From NCBI GenBank assembly GCA_964585065.1, contig CAZPCB010000004.1, positions 1 through 37,819 on the forward strand: 37,819 bases of DNA, given 5' to 3'. Below, in pieces: positions 1 to 9,488 of this stretch. Both the position numbers and the translations under genes were made by a program. A model generated the notes under the pieces. That model saw only the letters and a program-made list of their open reading frames with translations, had not been told where the DNA came from and ran no database searches. This DNA comes from an uncultured Candidatus Saccharibacteria bacterium (GTDB taxonomy: Bacteria > Patescibacteriota > Minisyncoccia > SW-4-49-11). The first letter of the stretch is position 1, and each line of letters starts with the position of its first letter.

Positions 1-2
1 TT

Positions 3-1580
3 AGACTTAAATCTCCCGACGGCACGGTCTTATCATCAGTTACTGTTACAGGAGTGCAAGCAAATCAAGCATCAACACAAACTACAACTCCAGTTAGTGG
101 AACAATCTCTGCAAGTCCTAGTACAGTAATTATTCCACCAGGTACTCTAGGGACAACTACTATTAGTTGGTCTACAACAGAATTAGATACAGCAAATATT
201 TATGTTTCTTGTAATTCAGGCCCAGAGAACTTATTTGCATCAAGAAATACTGGTACAGTGGTAGCTCCATGGATTGGAGTAGGTAGTAATTGTGTGTTTA
301 GACTTAAATCTCCCGACGGCACGGTCTTATCATCAGTTACTGTTACAGGAGTACAAGTTAGCGGAACAATCTCTGCAAGTCCTAGTACAGTAATTATTCC
401 ACCAGGTACTCTAGGGACAACTACTATTAGTTGGTCTACAACAGAATTAGATACAGCAAATATTTATGTTTCTTGTAATTCAGGCCCAGAGAACTTATTT
501 GCATCAAGAAATACTGGTACAGTGGTAGCTCCATGGATTGGAGTAGGTAGTAATTGTGTATTTAGACTTAAATCTCCCGATGGCACGGTCTTATCATCAG
601 TTACTGTTACAGGAGTACAAGCAAATCAAGCACCAACAGCAAAATATGATAAGACTGATAATATAAGTTATAATACAGCTATAGCCCATTGGGAATATAG
701 TGATCCAGATGGAGACCCACAAACAGATATAGAGGTTAAAGTATATATAAACTCAGATTATAATACTGGTCAGGTATTCACAGGTGTTGCAGCAGGAGCT
801 GATATAAGAAGTTTAAACATAATTACAGGATTAATTCCAGGGGAAACATATTATCCAAAAATAAGAGTAAGAGATTCAAATAGCACATGGAGTAATTGGA
901 GTAATGGCACTGCATTTACAACCACAGAGTATCCAGAGCTTAACGTAGATTTCAATTTAAGGAGTGGAAGTACAACAGTAGCAAAAGGAGAAACATTAAC
1001 AGTAAAGACAGGAGAAAATGTAAATGCAGCATGGAATATAACCGATGCGGATGGTGGTATAGTAGATGGACTAGTTGGAACTTGTAATATAACGTCAGTA
1101 GGATTTAATGATATAAGTGAAGCAGGATTACCATTAAGTTCAAGTAAAAATGAAATAGTACCAACAGTTTTAACAGATGTGACATATACTATAAACTTAA
1201 GTTGTGCAGCAAAACCAGGAGGTATAGCAGTTAATCAGGATATAGTATTAGTAGTAGAAAGTTATCCATTGATAACCTGTAAGATATTAAAGAATGTAGT
1301 AAGTGCAGAGAGCCCAATAGCCCAAGTAGAAGCGACAGTAGGGAATGCTAATAATCCATATACATGGCGAATAAAAAGGACAATAGGAGAGGATTATGGA
1401 AGTTCAATAACAAGTGATAATATAACACAAAAATTCACTCTAGATTATACAGGATTAGGACTAGGGAAATACAATCCAGTCATAGAAGCAAAAGGATCAT
1501 TAGGAAGAACAGAAGAGAAACCCTGTACTGGAGATATAACTAATTTTGGGGATAGAACTATTCGAGAAGTTGCTAAGTAG
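3..1580 (+). CDS. Large secreted/surface protein (5'-truncated by the window) with tandem 88-aa Ig-like repeats, an FN3-like domain and further beta-rich domains
   Basis: The frame is open from base 3 (RLKSPDGTV...), so the GTG at 54 is not the true start. Two full 88-aa repeats with 2 Cys each, then an FN3-like segment (AHWEYSDPDGDPQ...LIPGETYYPKIRVRD...WSNWS). Ser/Thr/Gly-rich. Confidence 0.75.
   Translation, partial: RLKSPDGTVLSSVTVTGVQANQASTQTTTPVSGTISASPSTVIIPPGTLGTTTISWSTTELDTANIYVSCNSGPENLFASRNTGTVVAPWIGVGSNCVFRLKSPDGTVLSSVTVTGVQVSGTISASPSTVIIPPGTLGTTTISWSTTELDTANIYVSCNSGPENLFASRNTGTVVAPWIGVGSNCVFRLKSPDGTVLSSVTVTGVQANQAPTAKYDKTDNISYNTAIAHWEYSDPDGDPQTDIEVKVYINSDYNTGQVFTGVAAGADIRSLNIITGLIPGETYYPKIRVRDSNSTWSNWSNGTAFTTTEYPELNVDFNLRSGSTTVAKGETLTVKTGENVNAAWNITDADGGIVDGLVGTCNITSVGFNDISEAGLPLSSSKNEIVPTVLTDVTYTINLSCAAKPGGIAVNQDIVLVVESYPLITCKILKNVVSAESPIAQVEATVGNANNPYTWRIKRTIGEDYGSSITSDNITQKFTLDYTGLGLGKYNPVIEAKGSLGRTEEKPCTGDITNFGDRTIREVAK
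93..620 (+). repeat. Tandem 264-bp intragenic repeat (93-356, 357-620) plus a partial third copy at 1-59
   Basis: By eye the full copies differ at three synonymous sites (agt/agc, gtg/gta, gac/gat). gcaaatcaagca follows both the partial copy and the last copy. Confidence 0.95.
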
Positions 1581-1595
1581 AAGAATATGGTGAGA

Positions 1596-1630
1596 AAAGG
1601 AGGAATATCTCTATAGGATATTCCTCCTTT
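1596..1630. terminator. Bidirectional intrinsic terminator between convergent genes
   Basis: Perfect 14-bp stem aaaggaggaatatc / gatattcctccttt with a 7-nt loop. Confidence 0.8.
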
Positions 1631-1648
1631 ATGATATACTAAATACTA

Positions 1649-2548
1649 TTAAATCACATCTTGTCTTCGGAAATACAGATAAAGGCTGAGGGAAATAGTT
1701 ATAGCGATTCCAACTGCAATATAAAATGCTAAATCATTAGCAAGAAAATCCATTTTTGCATTAATACCTAATAATCCTATAAAGAGAGTTGATGGAGCTA
1801 AGGTAGTAGAGAAAGTAGTTAATGTCTTAATATTTTTATTTAACTTATGAGATAATAGTGTTTGATTGGTCTGATCAAAGGCCTCAATGGCTTCTTTTAA
1901 GTTTTCAGTGATATTCCAAATATGAATATTGGAAGACATTATATCGGTAATATTTTTTTGTTTAATAGAATTATCCGGGAAATATTGAGGGGTAAGCTTA
2001 AATGATGAATCAATCACAGATTTATGAAGTCTTATGGTTTTTCTAAAATCAAGAACATCTCTTTTTACAATAGATATTTCAGATATCATATTTTTTTCAT
2101 TTCCCTTGAAAATCTCCTCTTCAATAAAATCTATTTTCTCCGCAATACGATTAAGGGGTGTCATACATGCATTTAGCATAATATCAATAAGATATACATA
2201 TAATTCAACAGGACTGTCAAAACGAGAGGTTTTGCCCTCTATATGAGTTATTAAATCAGTAAGAAAATGCAACTCTACTTTATGCGAAGTAACAAAATAT
2301 CCTTGACTAAGAATACAGTCAATTTCAACTGCATTATTTTTACGTAACTGTTTATCATAAAGGGGGTAATGGAGTACTACTGCCATATAATCGGGAAATT
2401 CTTCTAATCGCTGAAGATGAATGGGGGATTGTAATATTTTTTCAGTAGAATTCTTGAGATTAATAATTGCATCTAAATTCTCAATATCACTAGGGATATC
2501 TGGATTAATATCTATCCAGACAAAATTTGAAAATTGAATTTTTTTCAT
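1649..2548 (-). CDS. corA: CorA/ZntB family divalent cation transporter
   Basis: WIDI N-terminus, QRLEEFPDY, long helical stalk and two C-terminal TM helices with a GIN signature in place of GMN. Confidence 0.9.
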   Translation of the reverse strand: MKKIQFSNFVWIDINPDIPSDIENLDAIINLKNSTEKILQSPIHLQRLEEFPDYMAVVLHYPLYDKQLRKNNAVEIDCILSQGYFVTSHKVELHFLTDLITHIEGKTSRFDSPVELYVYLIDIMLNACMTPLNRIAEKIDFIEEEIFKGNEKNMISEISIVKRDVLDFRKTIRLHKSVIDSSFKLTPQYFPDNSIKQKNITDIMSSNIHIWNITENLKEAIEAFDQTNQTLLSHKLNKNIKTLTTFSTTLAPSTLFIGLLGINAKMDFLANDLAFYIAVGIAITISLSLYLYFRRQDVI

Positions 2549-2609
2549 ATATATATTAAACTATACCTAGTATTAGTCTATCAAGTATATTGAAAAAGTC
2601 AATATTTAT

Positions 2610-3599
2610 ATGTTTAAAACTCAATATCATCAGGAATTACCTATCAGAATAGACAAATTCCTAGTAACTTTTCTTACCGATGTCTCAAGAGAATATGTAC
2701 AGGATTTAATTCATAATCAATTAGTATTAAAGAATGGTAGTATTGTAAAAAAACCAAAAGAATTAGTATCAAGGGGAGATATCATAGAGGTAGATACTAT
2801 TGAGCTCAAAAAACAACATTTTGCGTCAATATCTGAAGAAGAAAAGACAAATTTAACTAATAAGGTAAGAATTATATTCGAACATGAGGATTTCTTGATA
2901 ATAGATAAGCCAGCAGGATTACTCGTACATAAAACCAATAACCCAGAATCATATTCCCTGGTGGATATTATATTAAGGCAATATCCTGAAATACGAGGGG
3001 TACGAGACAAACACCAATCAAAAGAAGCTGAATTACAAGAGCGAGATGGTATCGTACATCGTATAGATAAAGATACCAGTGGAATTATAATAATGGCAAG
3101 AAATCAAGAAGCATTTGAAATATTTAAACAATTATTTCAAGATAGAAAAGTATATAAAGAATATATCTGTCTTGTAAGGGGGCATTTGCGAGAGCCTCAT
3201 GGTAATATTACATATCCAATTATCAGGTCCAAATTAGATCACACCAAGCGGGTAGCAGTAATTAATTCTAAACAGTCTGGTATAAAGGAAAGGACTGCGC
3301 ATACTGAATATTGGGTAGAGCAAGAATATACTCATGCAAGCTTGCTCAGAGTAGTAATACATACGGGTAGAACACATCAAATTCGAGTGCATATGAAAGC
3401 GATAGGGCATCCCATTATAGGAGATACATTATATGGGGGTAAACTTGAAGCACAGGGTGAAAATTCTCTCCCACGACAATTTCTGCATGCTCATAAAATA
3501 GCATTTACCTATAAAGGAAAAGAGTATAGCTTTATCTCAGATTTAGCACAAGATTTAAATAAGTATATTGCATCGCTACAATATACTTATCTACAATAG
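2610..3599 (+). CDS. rluD: RluA/RluD-family 23S rRNA pseudouridine synthase with N-terminal S4 domain
   Basis: RIDKFL S4 start, IDKPAGLLVH, catalytic HRIDKDTSG, TGRTHQIRVH, HPIIGDTLYG, RQFLHA. Confidence 0.9.
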   Translation: MFKTQYHQELPIRIDKFLVTFLTDVSREYVQDLIHNQLVLKNGSIVKKPKELVSRGDIIEVDTIELKKQHFASISEEEKTNLTNKVRIIFEHEDFLIIDKPAGLLVHKTNNPESYSLVDIILRQYPEIRGVRDKHQSKEAELQERDGIVHRIDKDTSGIIIMARNQEAFEIFKQLFQDRKVYKEYICLVRGHLREPHGNITYPIIRSKLDHTKRVAVINSKQSGIKERTAHTEYWVEQEYTHASLLRVVIHTGRTHQIRVHMKAIGHPIIGDTLYGGKLEAQGENSLPRQFLHAHKIAFTYKGKEYSFISDLAQDLNKYIASLQYTYLQ

Positions 3600-3617
3600 T
3601 CGAATAAGGAGTGTTTA

Positions 3618-3626
3618 TGATATACT
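3618..3626 (+). promoter_or_regulatory. Extended -10 promoter (TGATATACT) for rfbB-rfbA-galU
   Basis: TGn-TATACT 21 nt upstream of the ATG at 3648. Confidence 0.6.
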
Positions 3627-3647
3627 AAATATATTAAATAATAGTAT

Positions 3648-4628
3648 ATGAAAAATAAGATATTAGTAACAGGGGGAGCTGGGTTTATGGGATCATATTT
3701 TATCAAATATTTGGTTGATAAACACCCTTATATTGAAATTGTAAATGTAGATTCTCTTACCTATGCTGGTAATTTACATAATCTTGATAGTATTGCAGAT
3801 AATGAACGATATACCTTTATAGAAGGAGATATTACTGATATTACAAAATTAGACTTAATTGTAAAAGAGCATCAAATTGAATTAATTGTTAATTTTGCAG
3901 CTGAGACACATGTAGATAATTCTATTCAATCTCCCCTTAAAGCTATTAATACCAATGTGATTGGAGTGGCTTCAATTTTAGAAATTGTACGCAAATATGA
4001 TATTGAATTATTGCAAGTGAGTACAGATGAAGTATTTGGTACTATTGATACAGGATCATTTAATGAGCATTCAGCCTTTGCACCTAATAGCCCCTATTCA
4101 GCAGGTAAAGCAGGGGGAGATTTATTATGCCGAGCTTATCATGAGACATATAATACTAAGGTTATTGTGACACATAGCTGTAATGTACTCGGACCAAATC
4201 AATATCCTGAAAAATTAATTCCTTTGGCTATTACCAATATATTGGAGAATAAAACAATTCCATTATATGGAGATGGATTAAATATAAGAGAATGGATTTA
4301 TGTAGAAGATCATTCTCGAGCTCTTGAATTCATTATTGAACATGGGGTATCAGGAGAAGTATATAATATTGGCACTGGTTATGAGCTTACTAATCTTGAT
4401 TTAATAACTCGATTATTACAACAATTAGGAAAAGATGAGAATGCTATTGAATATGTAACAGATAGATTAGGTCATGATAGGCGATATGCAATTGATTCTA
4501 CTAAATTAAGGCAATTAGGATGGAGTCCATCTTTTGACTTTGATACAGCACTTCGTAAGACCATTAATTGGTATCAGGATAATAAAGCATGGTGGGAGCC
4601 ATTAAAGTATAATAAGGAAGCAAAATAA
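3648..4628 (+). CDS. rfbB: dTDP-glucose 4,6-dehydratase
   Basis: GGAGFMGS, FAAETHVDNSI, STDEVFG, PNSPYSAGK, GPNQYPEKLIP, DRLGHDRRYAID. Confidence 0.95.
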   Translation: MKNKILVTGGAGFMGSYFIKYLVDKHPYIEIVNVDSLTYAGNLHNLDSIADNERYTFIEGDITDITKLDLIVKEHQIELIVNFAAETHVDNSIQSPLKAINTNVIGVASILEIVRKYDIELLQVSTDEVFGTIDTGSFNEHSAFAPNSPYSAGKAGGDLLCRAYHETYNTKVIVTHSCNVLGPNQYPEKLIPLAITNILENKTIPLYGDGLNIREWIYVEDHSRALEFIIEHGVSGEVYNIGTGYELTNLDLITRLLQQLGKDENAIEYVTDRLGHDRRYAIDSTKLRQLGWSPSFDFDTALRKTINWYQDNKAWWEPLKYNKEAK

Positions 4629-4630
4629 GT

Positions 4631-5701
4631 ATGAAAGGATTGATAGCAGCAGGAGGACGTGGTACGAGGTTGAGGCCAATTACAACTAATCGTAATAAAC
4701 ATAGTATACCACTTGCTAATAAAAGTATGATTGAACTTGCTGTAGAAAAATTAGCTGCAGCAGGTATATCTGAAATAGGTATTGTCATTAATGAGGGAGA
4801 TAGTGAAATGTCAGATATATTGGGAGATGGTTCTCAATATGGAGTTACTATTACCTATATCGAACAAAATGGAGGGGCTTTAGGAGTTGCTCATGTTATA
4901 TCTAGTGGGAAGGATTTTCTTGGAGATGATGATTTTGTATTTTATCTTGGGGATAATATTATTTTGGGAGAAGTGAGAGGATTTATTGATGCTTTTTATG
5001 AGCAAAAATTAAATGCATTATTAGCTCTGTCTCTCGTTAAAGATCCAGAACGATTTGGAGTTCCGCGTATTGAAAATAATCGTATTATAGAGGTAATAGA
5101 AAAGCCTCAGAATCCTCCTAGCCAATATGCGGTAGCAGGAATATATGTATATGATAAACATATACATACGATTATTGATGCCTTGTCTCCAAGTCCAAGG
5201 GGGGAGTATGAAATATCAGATGCTCATACAGAATTAATTCGCAAGGGTTTTGCTGTTGGTTATTCAGAGATTACGGGATGGTGGAAAGATACCGGTAAGC
5301 CCCAAGATTTATTAGAAGGGAATCAACTATTATTATCTCAGATTCATGAGTCGGATATCAAAGGAGATGTAGAAGATACAGTAACCATAGAAGGAATTGT
5401 CATAATAGAGGCAGGAGCTCAGATTAAAGGTAAAAGTTTTATAAGAGGTCCTGTGATTATTGGAAAGAATTCTCTTATTGAAAATAGTTATATTGGGCCT
5501 TTTACTTCATTGGGAGAAAATTGTCATATTGAGAATGCTGAAATAGAACATTCTCTTTTGATGAATACTATTACCATTAGTAGTTCTAAGCGTATAGTAG
5601 ATAGTATTTTAGGCAATAGTGTTATTATTACCGATAAAGAAGAAACTTTCCCTAAGGGGCATAAATTAGTAATTGGAGACAATTCACAAGTAGAATTATA
5701 A
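4631..5701 (+). CDS. rfbA: Glucose-1-phosphate thymidylyltransferase, long form with C-terminal hexapeptide repeats
   Basis: GGRGTRLRPIT, EKPQNPPSQYAVAGIY, SPRGEYEISDA, WWKDTGKP and a left-handed beta-helix tail. Confidence 0.9.
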   Translation: MKGLIAAGGRGTRLRPITTNRNKHSIPLANKSMIELAVEKLAAAGISEIGIVINEGDSEMSDILGDGSQYGVTITYIEQNGGALGVAHVISSGKDFLGDDDFVFYLGDNIILGEVRGFIDAFYEQKLNALLALSLVKDPERFGVPRIENNRIIEVIEKPQNPPSQYAVAGIYVYDKHIHTIIDALSPSPRGEYEISDAHTELIRKGFAVGYSEITGWWKDTGKPQDLLEGNQLLLSQIHESDIKGDVEDTVTIEGIVIIEAGAQIKGKSFIRGPVIIGKNSLIENSYIGPFTSLGENCHIENAEIEHSLLMNTITISSSKRIVDSILGNSVIITDKEETFPKGHKLVIGDNSQVEL

Positions 5702-5711
5702 AGAAATTATT

Positions 5712-6569
5712 ATGAAAATACGAAAAGCTATTATTACTGTTGCTGGATTTGGAACCAGATTCTTACCTGTAACCAAGGCTCAGCCAAAATCGATGTTACC
5801 TCTTGTAGATAAACCCATTGTACAGTATTTAGTAGAAGAGGCGGTGGCTGCTGGTATTGAGCAAATTATTTTTGTGACAGGTAAGGGAAAACGATCTATT
5901 GAGGATCATTTTGATTCTCATTTTGAATTAGAGTATCTCCTAGAACAAAAAGGGAAAGAAGAGGCTTTGGCCCAAGTTCGTGGTATATCTGATATGGCAG
6001 AATTTTTCTTTGTAAGACAGCGCTATGCACGAGGTAATGGAGACGCAGTACTTGCGACCAGAAGTTTTATTGGGGATGAACCATGTGCGGTATTATTCGA
6101 AGATGATATTGTAGACTCTGAAGTACCTGCAATACAGCAATTAATACAGGTATATAATAAGTATCAAGATCCCGTTATTGCTCTTACTCGAGTTCCTCAT
6201 GATGAGGTTTCAAAATATGGAATTATTGAGGGAACAGAAATGGGGACACGATTATTTGAAATTAATCAATTTGTAGAAAAACCAAAACCAACAGAAACAC
6301 AATCTGATCTTGCAGTAATTGGAAAATATATTATTACCCCCGCTATATTCGATGAATTAGAGAGATTAAAGGGTTCGGTAAAGGGGGAATTGGGTCTTGA
6401 TAATGCTTTTATTGAATTATTAAAGACAAAATCATTATATGGATATGAAATTGAAGGGAAACGATATGATTGTGGGGATAAACTTGGATATATACAGGCA
6501 ATGATTGATTTTAGCCTCAAACATCCTGAAATAGGGGAGGGAGTAAAGAAGCATATTCAACAAATATAG
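5712..6569 (+). CDS. galU: UTP--glucose-1-phosphate uridylyltransferase
   Basis: KIRKAIITVAGFGTRFLPVTKAQPKSMLPLVDKP, GKRSIEDHFD, VEKP, RYDCGDKLGY. Confidence 0.95.
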   Translation: MKIRKAIITVAGFGTRFLPVTKAQPKSMLPLVDKPIVQYLVEEAVAAGIEQIIFVTGKGKRSIEDHFDSHFELEYLLEQKGKEEALAQVRGISDMAEFFFVRQRYARGNGDAVLATRSFIGDEPCAVLFEDDIVDSEVPAIQQLIQVYNKYQDPVIALTRVPHDEVSKYGIIEGTEMGTRLFEINQFVEKPKPTETQSDLAVIGKYIITPAIFDELERLKGSVKGELGLDNAFIELLKTKSLYGYEIEGKRYDCGDKLGYIQAMIDFSLKHPEIGEGVKKHIQQI

Positions 6570-6570
6570 C

Positions 6571-6599
6571 TTGAATATTTGCTCTTTTGATGATATAAT
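6571..6599 (+). promoter_or_regulatory. Sigma70-type promoter for tig
   Basis: TTGAAT - 17 nt - TATAAT with extended TG (TGATATAAT 6591-6599). Confidence 0.7.
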
Positions 6600-6630
6600 T
6601 ATACACATTATGTTATAAACAGCTATTATT

Positions 6631-7899
6631 ATGAAAATTACTCGAAAAAATCTTCCTAAATCACAAGTAGAACTTAATGTCACTATAGAGCAAGCTGAAA
6701 TGGTTACCTATATTGATAAAACAACAGCTCGACTTGCCAAACAAATTACTATTCCTGGATTTCGAAAAGGTGAAGCTCCAAAAGAATTAGTAGCTAAGCA
6801 AATTAGTGGACCAGAGCTATTAAATGAAACCATTGAATATGCTGTCAATGAATCCTATAAGAGCGCAATAAAAGATGAGAAATTATCTCCACTTGCCAAT
6901 CCGGAAATCAAATTATCTGAGAAAGAATCAAAAGATGGATTAGAATATACTGCTACTATTAGCATTATGCCAGAAATTGAGCTTCCAGATTACAAAAAAT
7001 TGGCAAGCAAAATAACTAAAGAAGCAGAAGATATTACGGATAAAGATGTAGAAGAGGCTAAAAAGTATTTACAAAAATCTCGTGGTACTCAAACTATTGT
7101 AGAGAGAAAGGCAAAAAAAGGAGACACTGTATCTATCAGCTATACATTAACAGTTGAGGGAAAAGAATTTGATAAATCTGAGGCAATGCCAGTAGAAATT
7201 GGTGCAGGGAAATTCATTCCTGGATTTGAAGATGAGGTAATTGGACTTAAGGCTGAAGATAAAAAAGAATTTGATATTCCCTTTCCAAAAGATTATCATA
7301 ATGTTGAATTAGCAGGAAAATTAGGACATTTTGCTATTGAAATCAAAGATGTACAAGAAATTATATTACCTGATTGGGATGAAACTTTTGCCAAAGAACT
7401 CAGCAATGGGGAGAAAACTATTGCGGATCTAGAACAAAGCCTTAAAGATGGACTTATTGCAGAGCGCAAGCAAGAAGTTCAAACTACATATACTCAAGCT
7501 ATAGTTGATGCTATATTAGCTAAGATACAAGTTGAGCTACCAGATGTATTAGTGCTTGCTGAACGCGATCAAATTATTCAAGAAATGGAGCAAAGAGCTC
7601 TTTATTCAGGACATACTCTGGATGATGCGCTGGCTCAGGCTGGGAAAACCCGAGAAGCATTATTAGAAGAAGCTCTGCCACAAGCTGAATCAAGAGTAAA
7701 ATTAATGCTTATCTTAAAAGCAATTACGGAAGAGCAAAAATTCATTGCCGATGAAAAAGAAGTAAAACATCGAATTCATCATATTCTTGAGAAATATTCA
7801 GAAAAGGAACAACAGCAAATTGATATGGAGCGACTTCGTATTATGGTATCAGCGGAGATAACCGATAAAATGGCTTTAGAGTATTTAGGGAATATATAA
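6631..7899 (+). CDS. tig: Trigger factor
   Basis: Ribosome-binding motif IPGFRKGEAP, FKBP domain (FIPGFEDEVIG) and C-terminal chaperone domain. Confidence 0.95.
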   Translation: MKITRKNLPKSQVELNVTIEQAEMVTYIDKTTARLAKQITIPGFRKGEAPKELVAKQISGPELLNETIEYAVNESYKSAIKDEKLSPLANPEIKLSEKESKDGLEYTATISIMPEIELPDYKKLASKITKEAEDITDKDVEEAKKYLQKSRGTQTIVERKAKKGDTVSISYTLTVEGKEFDKSEAMPVEIGAGKFIPGFEDEVIGLKAEDKKEFDIPFPKDYHNVELAGKLGHFAIEIKDVQEIILPDWDETFAKELSNGEKTIADLEQSLKDGLIAERKQEVQTTYTQAIVDAILAKIQVELPDVLVLAERDQIIQEMEQRALYSGHTLDDALAQAGKTREALLEEALPQAESRVKLMLILKAITEEQKFIADEKEVKHRIHHILEKYSEKEQQQIDMERLRIMVSAEITDKMALEYLGNI

Positions 7900-7908
7900 T
7901 ATAATTAG

Positions 7909-7946
7909 GTATAAAAGAGATAATAAGAGTATTATCTCTTTTATAC
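7909..7946 (+). terminator. Intrinsic terminator after tig
   Basis: Perfect 17-bp stem gtataaaagagataata / tattatctcttttatac, loop agag. Confidence 0.8.
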
Positions 7947-7987
7947 TATACATTTATTGATAAATTCATTATAATAACTGTATATAC

Positions 7988-8061
7988 GCGCGTATAGCTC
8001 AGCTGGTTAGAGCGCATCCTTGACGTGGATGAGGTCAATGGTTCGAATCCATTTATGCGCA
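7988..8061 (+). tRNA. tRNA-Val (anticodon GAC), CCA not encoded
   Basis: Acceptor GCGCGTA/TATGCGC, D-arm GCTC-AGCTGGTTA-GAGC, anticodon arm CATCC-TTGACGT-GGATG, T-arm AATGG-TTCGAAT-CCATT, discriminator A followed by CTA. Confidence 0.95.
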
Positions 8062-8063
8062 CT

Positions 8064-9488
8064 ATGAAATATATTATCCCGAATACCAGTTTGGCGATAC
8101 AATTAGGTATATTGAGCGGAGCCTTGCTGGGCTCTTTTTTTGTATTACAGTCAATATGGATATTATTGACTATTCCCTTTGTAATAGCAATATATTGGCT
8201 TTATTCAGATATACGACTTATGCTACTCGCTGCAACTCTGATTGGGTTTATTGGAGCTGGATATTATATCAATACTATTATTGATAATTATCATACAATT
8301 CAAGATAGTATCCCTAATCGTATAGAGAATACAGAAATCATTATTGAGTCAAGTCCACGCCTACAGGCTTTTGGCTATCAATATCGGGTATATATACCCA
8401 AATATAAGGCCAAGGTCTTTATGAGTATTACAGATGATAATTTGATATATGGTAAGCGAATTATCGTAAAGGGAAAAACTTCAATCCCAGAAGAAGAGGG
8501 GATTAGGAGATTTTTATTGGGAAGAGGAATTCACAGGTATATGACTATTTCAGATTATACAATACAAGCTAATAATAGCTGTAATATACAATGCCATATA
8601 ATGCGAAATATTATACAAATGCAAAAGGGAATTATTAATAAAATTGATTCAGCTTATCCCAATCAAGTAGGAGAATTCTTAAAAGGTATTCTTATAGGCT
8701 ATACAGATACATTACCAACCGAGATAAAGGAATCATTCAAAAAGACGGGAGTAAGCCATATTTTGGCTGTTTCAGGATATAATATGGCAATTATTATAGT
8801 ACTTGTATATCAGCAGCTCATTAATAGACAAATATATAGGCAATTTTCATTTTGGATTACTATTGCAGTTATGATAGTATTCACTCTTTTAACCGGGGCT
8901 GAGGCTTCTATTATGCGGGCGGGTATATTTGCTGTAATTATACTCTCAGCAGAACAATTACAAAGATATGTAGGAGGTATGAGACCCCTGACATTATGTG
9001 CTACTATGTTAGTATTAATAAATCCTCTGTATATTGGCTATGATATTGGATTTCAATTATCATTCCTGGCAGTAATAGGACTTATAGTATATGGGCAATT
9101 ATTCAAAACATATACGGAAGGAATACCGAGCCTTGGAATATTACCAATGATAGGGGAGACATTATTTGCTCAAATTTTAGTATTACCATTACTCATATAT
9201 TATTTTGGACAAATATCCCTTATATCTATTATCGCTAATATACTTATTGTGCCTATCATACCTTTTGCGATGGCTTGGGGTAGTATTACGGCTTTGATTT
9301 TACCATGGAGGATTTTTACCTATCCTCTTGTGATTATTATTCAATTAGTGCTCGCCATGAATCATTATTTAGCCTCTCTATCATGGGCTAGCATAACAGT
9401 TCCTCATATAACAGGCTATATGCTAATTATAATATACGCTATAATGGGATTAGGATATTGGATTTATATACATAAAAGGAAAATATGA
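8064..9488 (+). CDS. comEC: ComEC/Rec2 competence membrane channel (OB and Competence domains), lacking the MBL domain
   Basis: KTGVSHILAVSGYN, LTGAEASIMRAG, DIGFQLSFLAV, SIIANILIVP. Start moved from the GTG at 8025 (inside the tRNA) to the ATG at 8064. Confidence 0.9.
   Translation: MKYIIPNTSLAIQLGILSGALLGSFFVLQSIWILLTIPFVIAIYWLYSDIRLMLLAATLIGFIGAGYYINTIIDNYHTIQDSIPNRIENTEIIIESSPRLQAFGYQYRVYIPKYKAKVFMSITDDNLIYGKRIIVKGKTSIPEEEGIRRFLLGRGIHRYMTISDYTIQANNSCNIQCHIMRNIIQMQKGIINKIDSAYPNQVGEFLKGILIGYTDTLPTEIKESFKKTGVSHILAVSGYNMAIIIVLVYQQLINRQIYRQFSFWITIAVMIVFTLLTGAEASIMRAGIFAVIILSAEQLQRYVGGMRPLTLCATMLVLINPLYIGYDIGFQLSFLAVIGLIVYGQLFKTYTEGIPSLGILPMIGETLFAQILVLPLLIYYFGQISLISIIANILIVPIIPFAMAWGSITALILPWRIFTYPLVIIIQLVLAMNHYLASLSWASITVPHITGYMLIIIYAIMGLGYWIYIHKRKI

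Noticed and set aside
3648-6569. rfbB-rfbA without rfbC/rfbD as a novel sugar pathway
   Set aside because: Split rml loci are common and the missing genes may be elsewhere in the genome; this cannot be judged from one window.
8025-8063. ORF-track start of comEC at GTG 8025
   Set aside because: It lies inside the anticodon arm of a well-formed tRNA-Val; the ATG at 8064 is more plausible.
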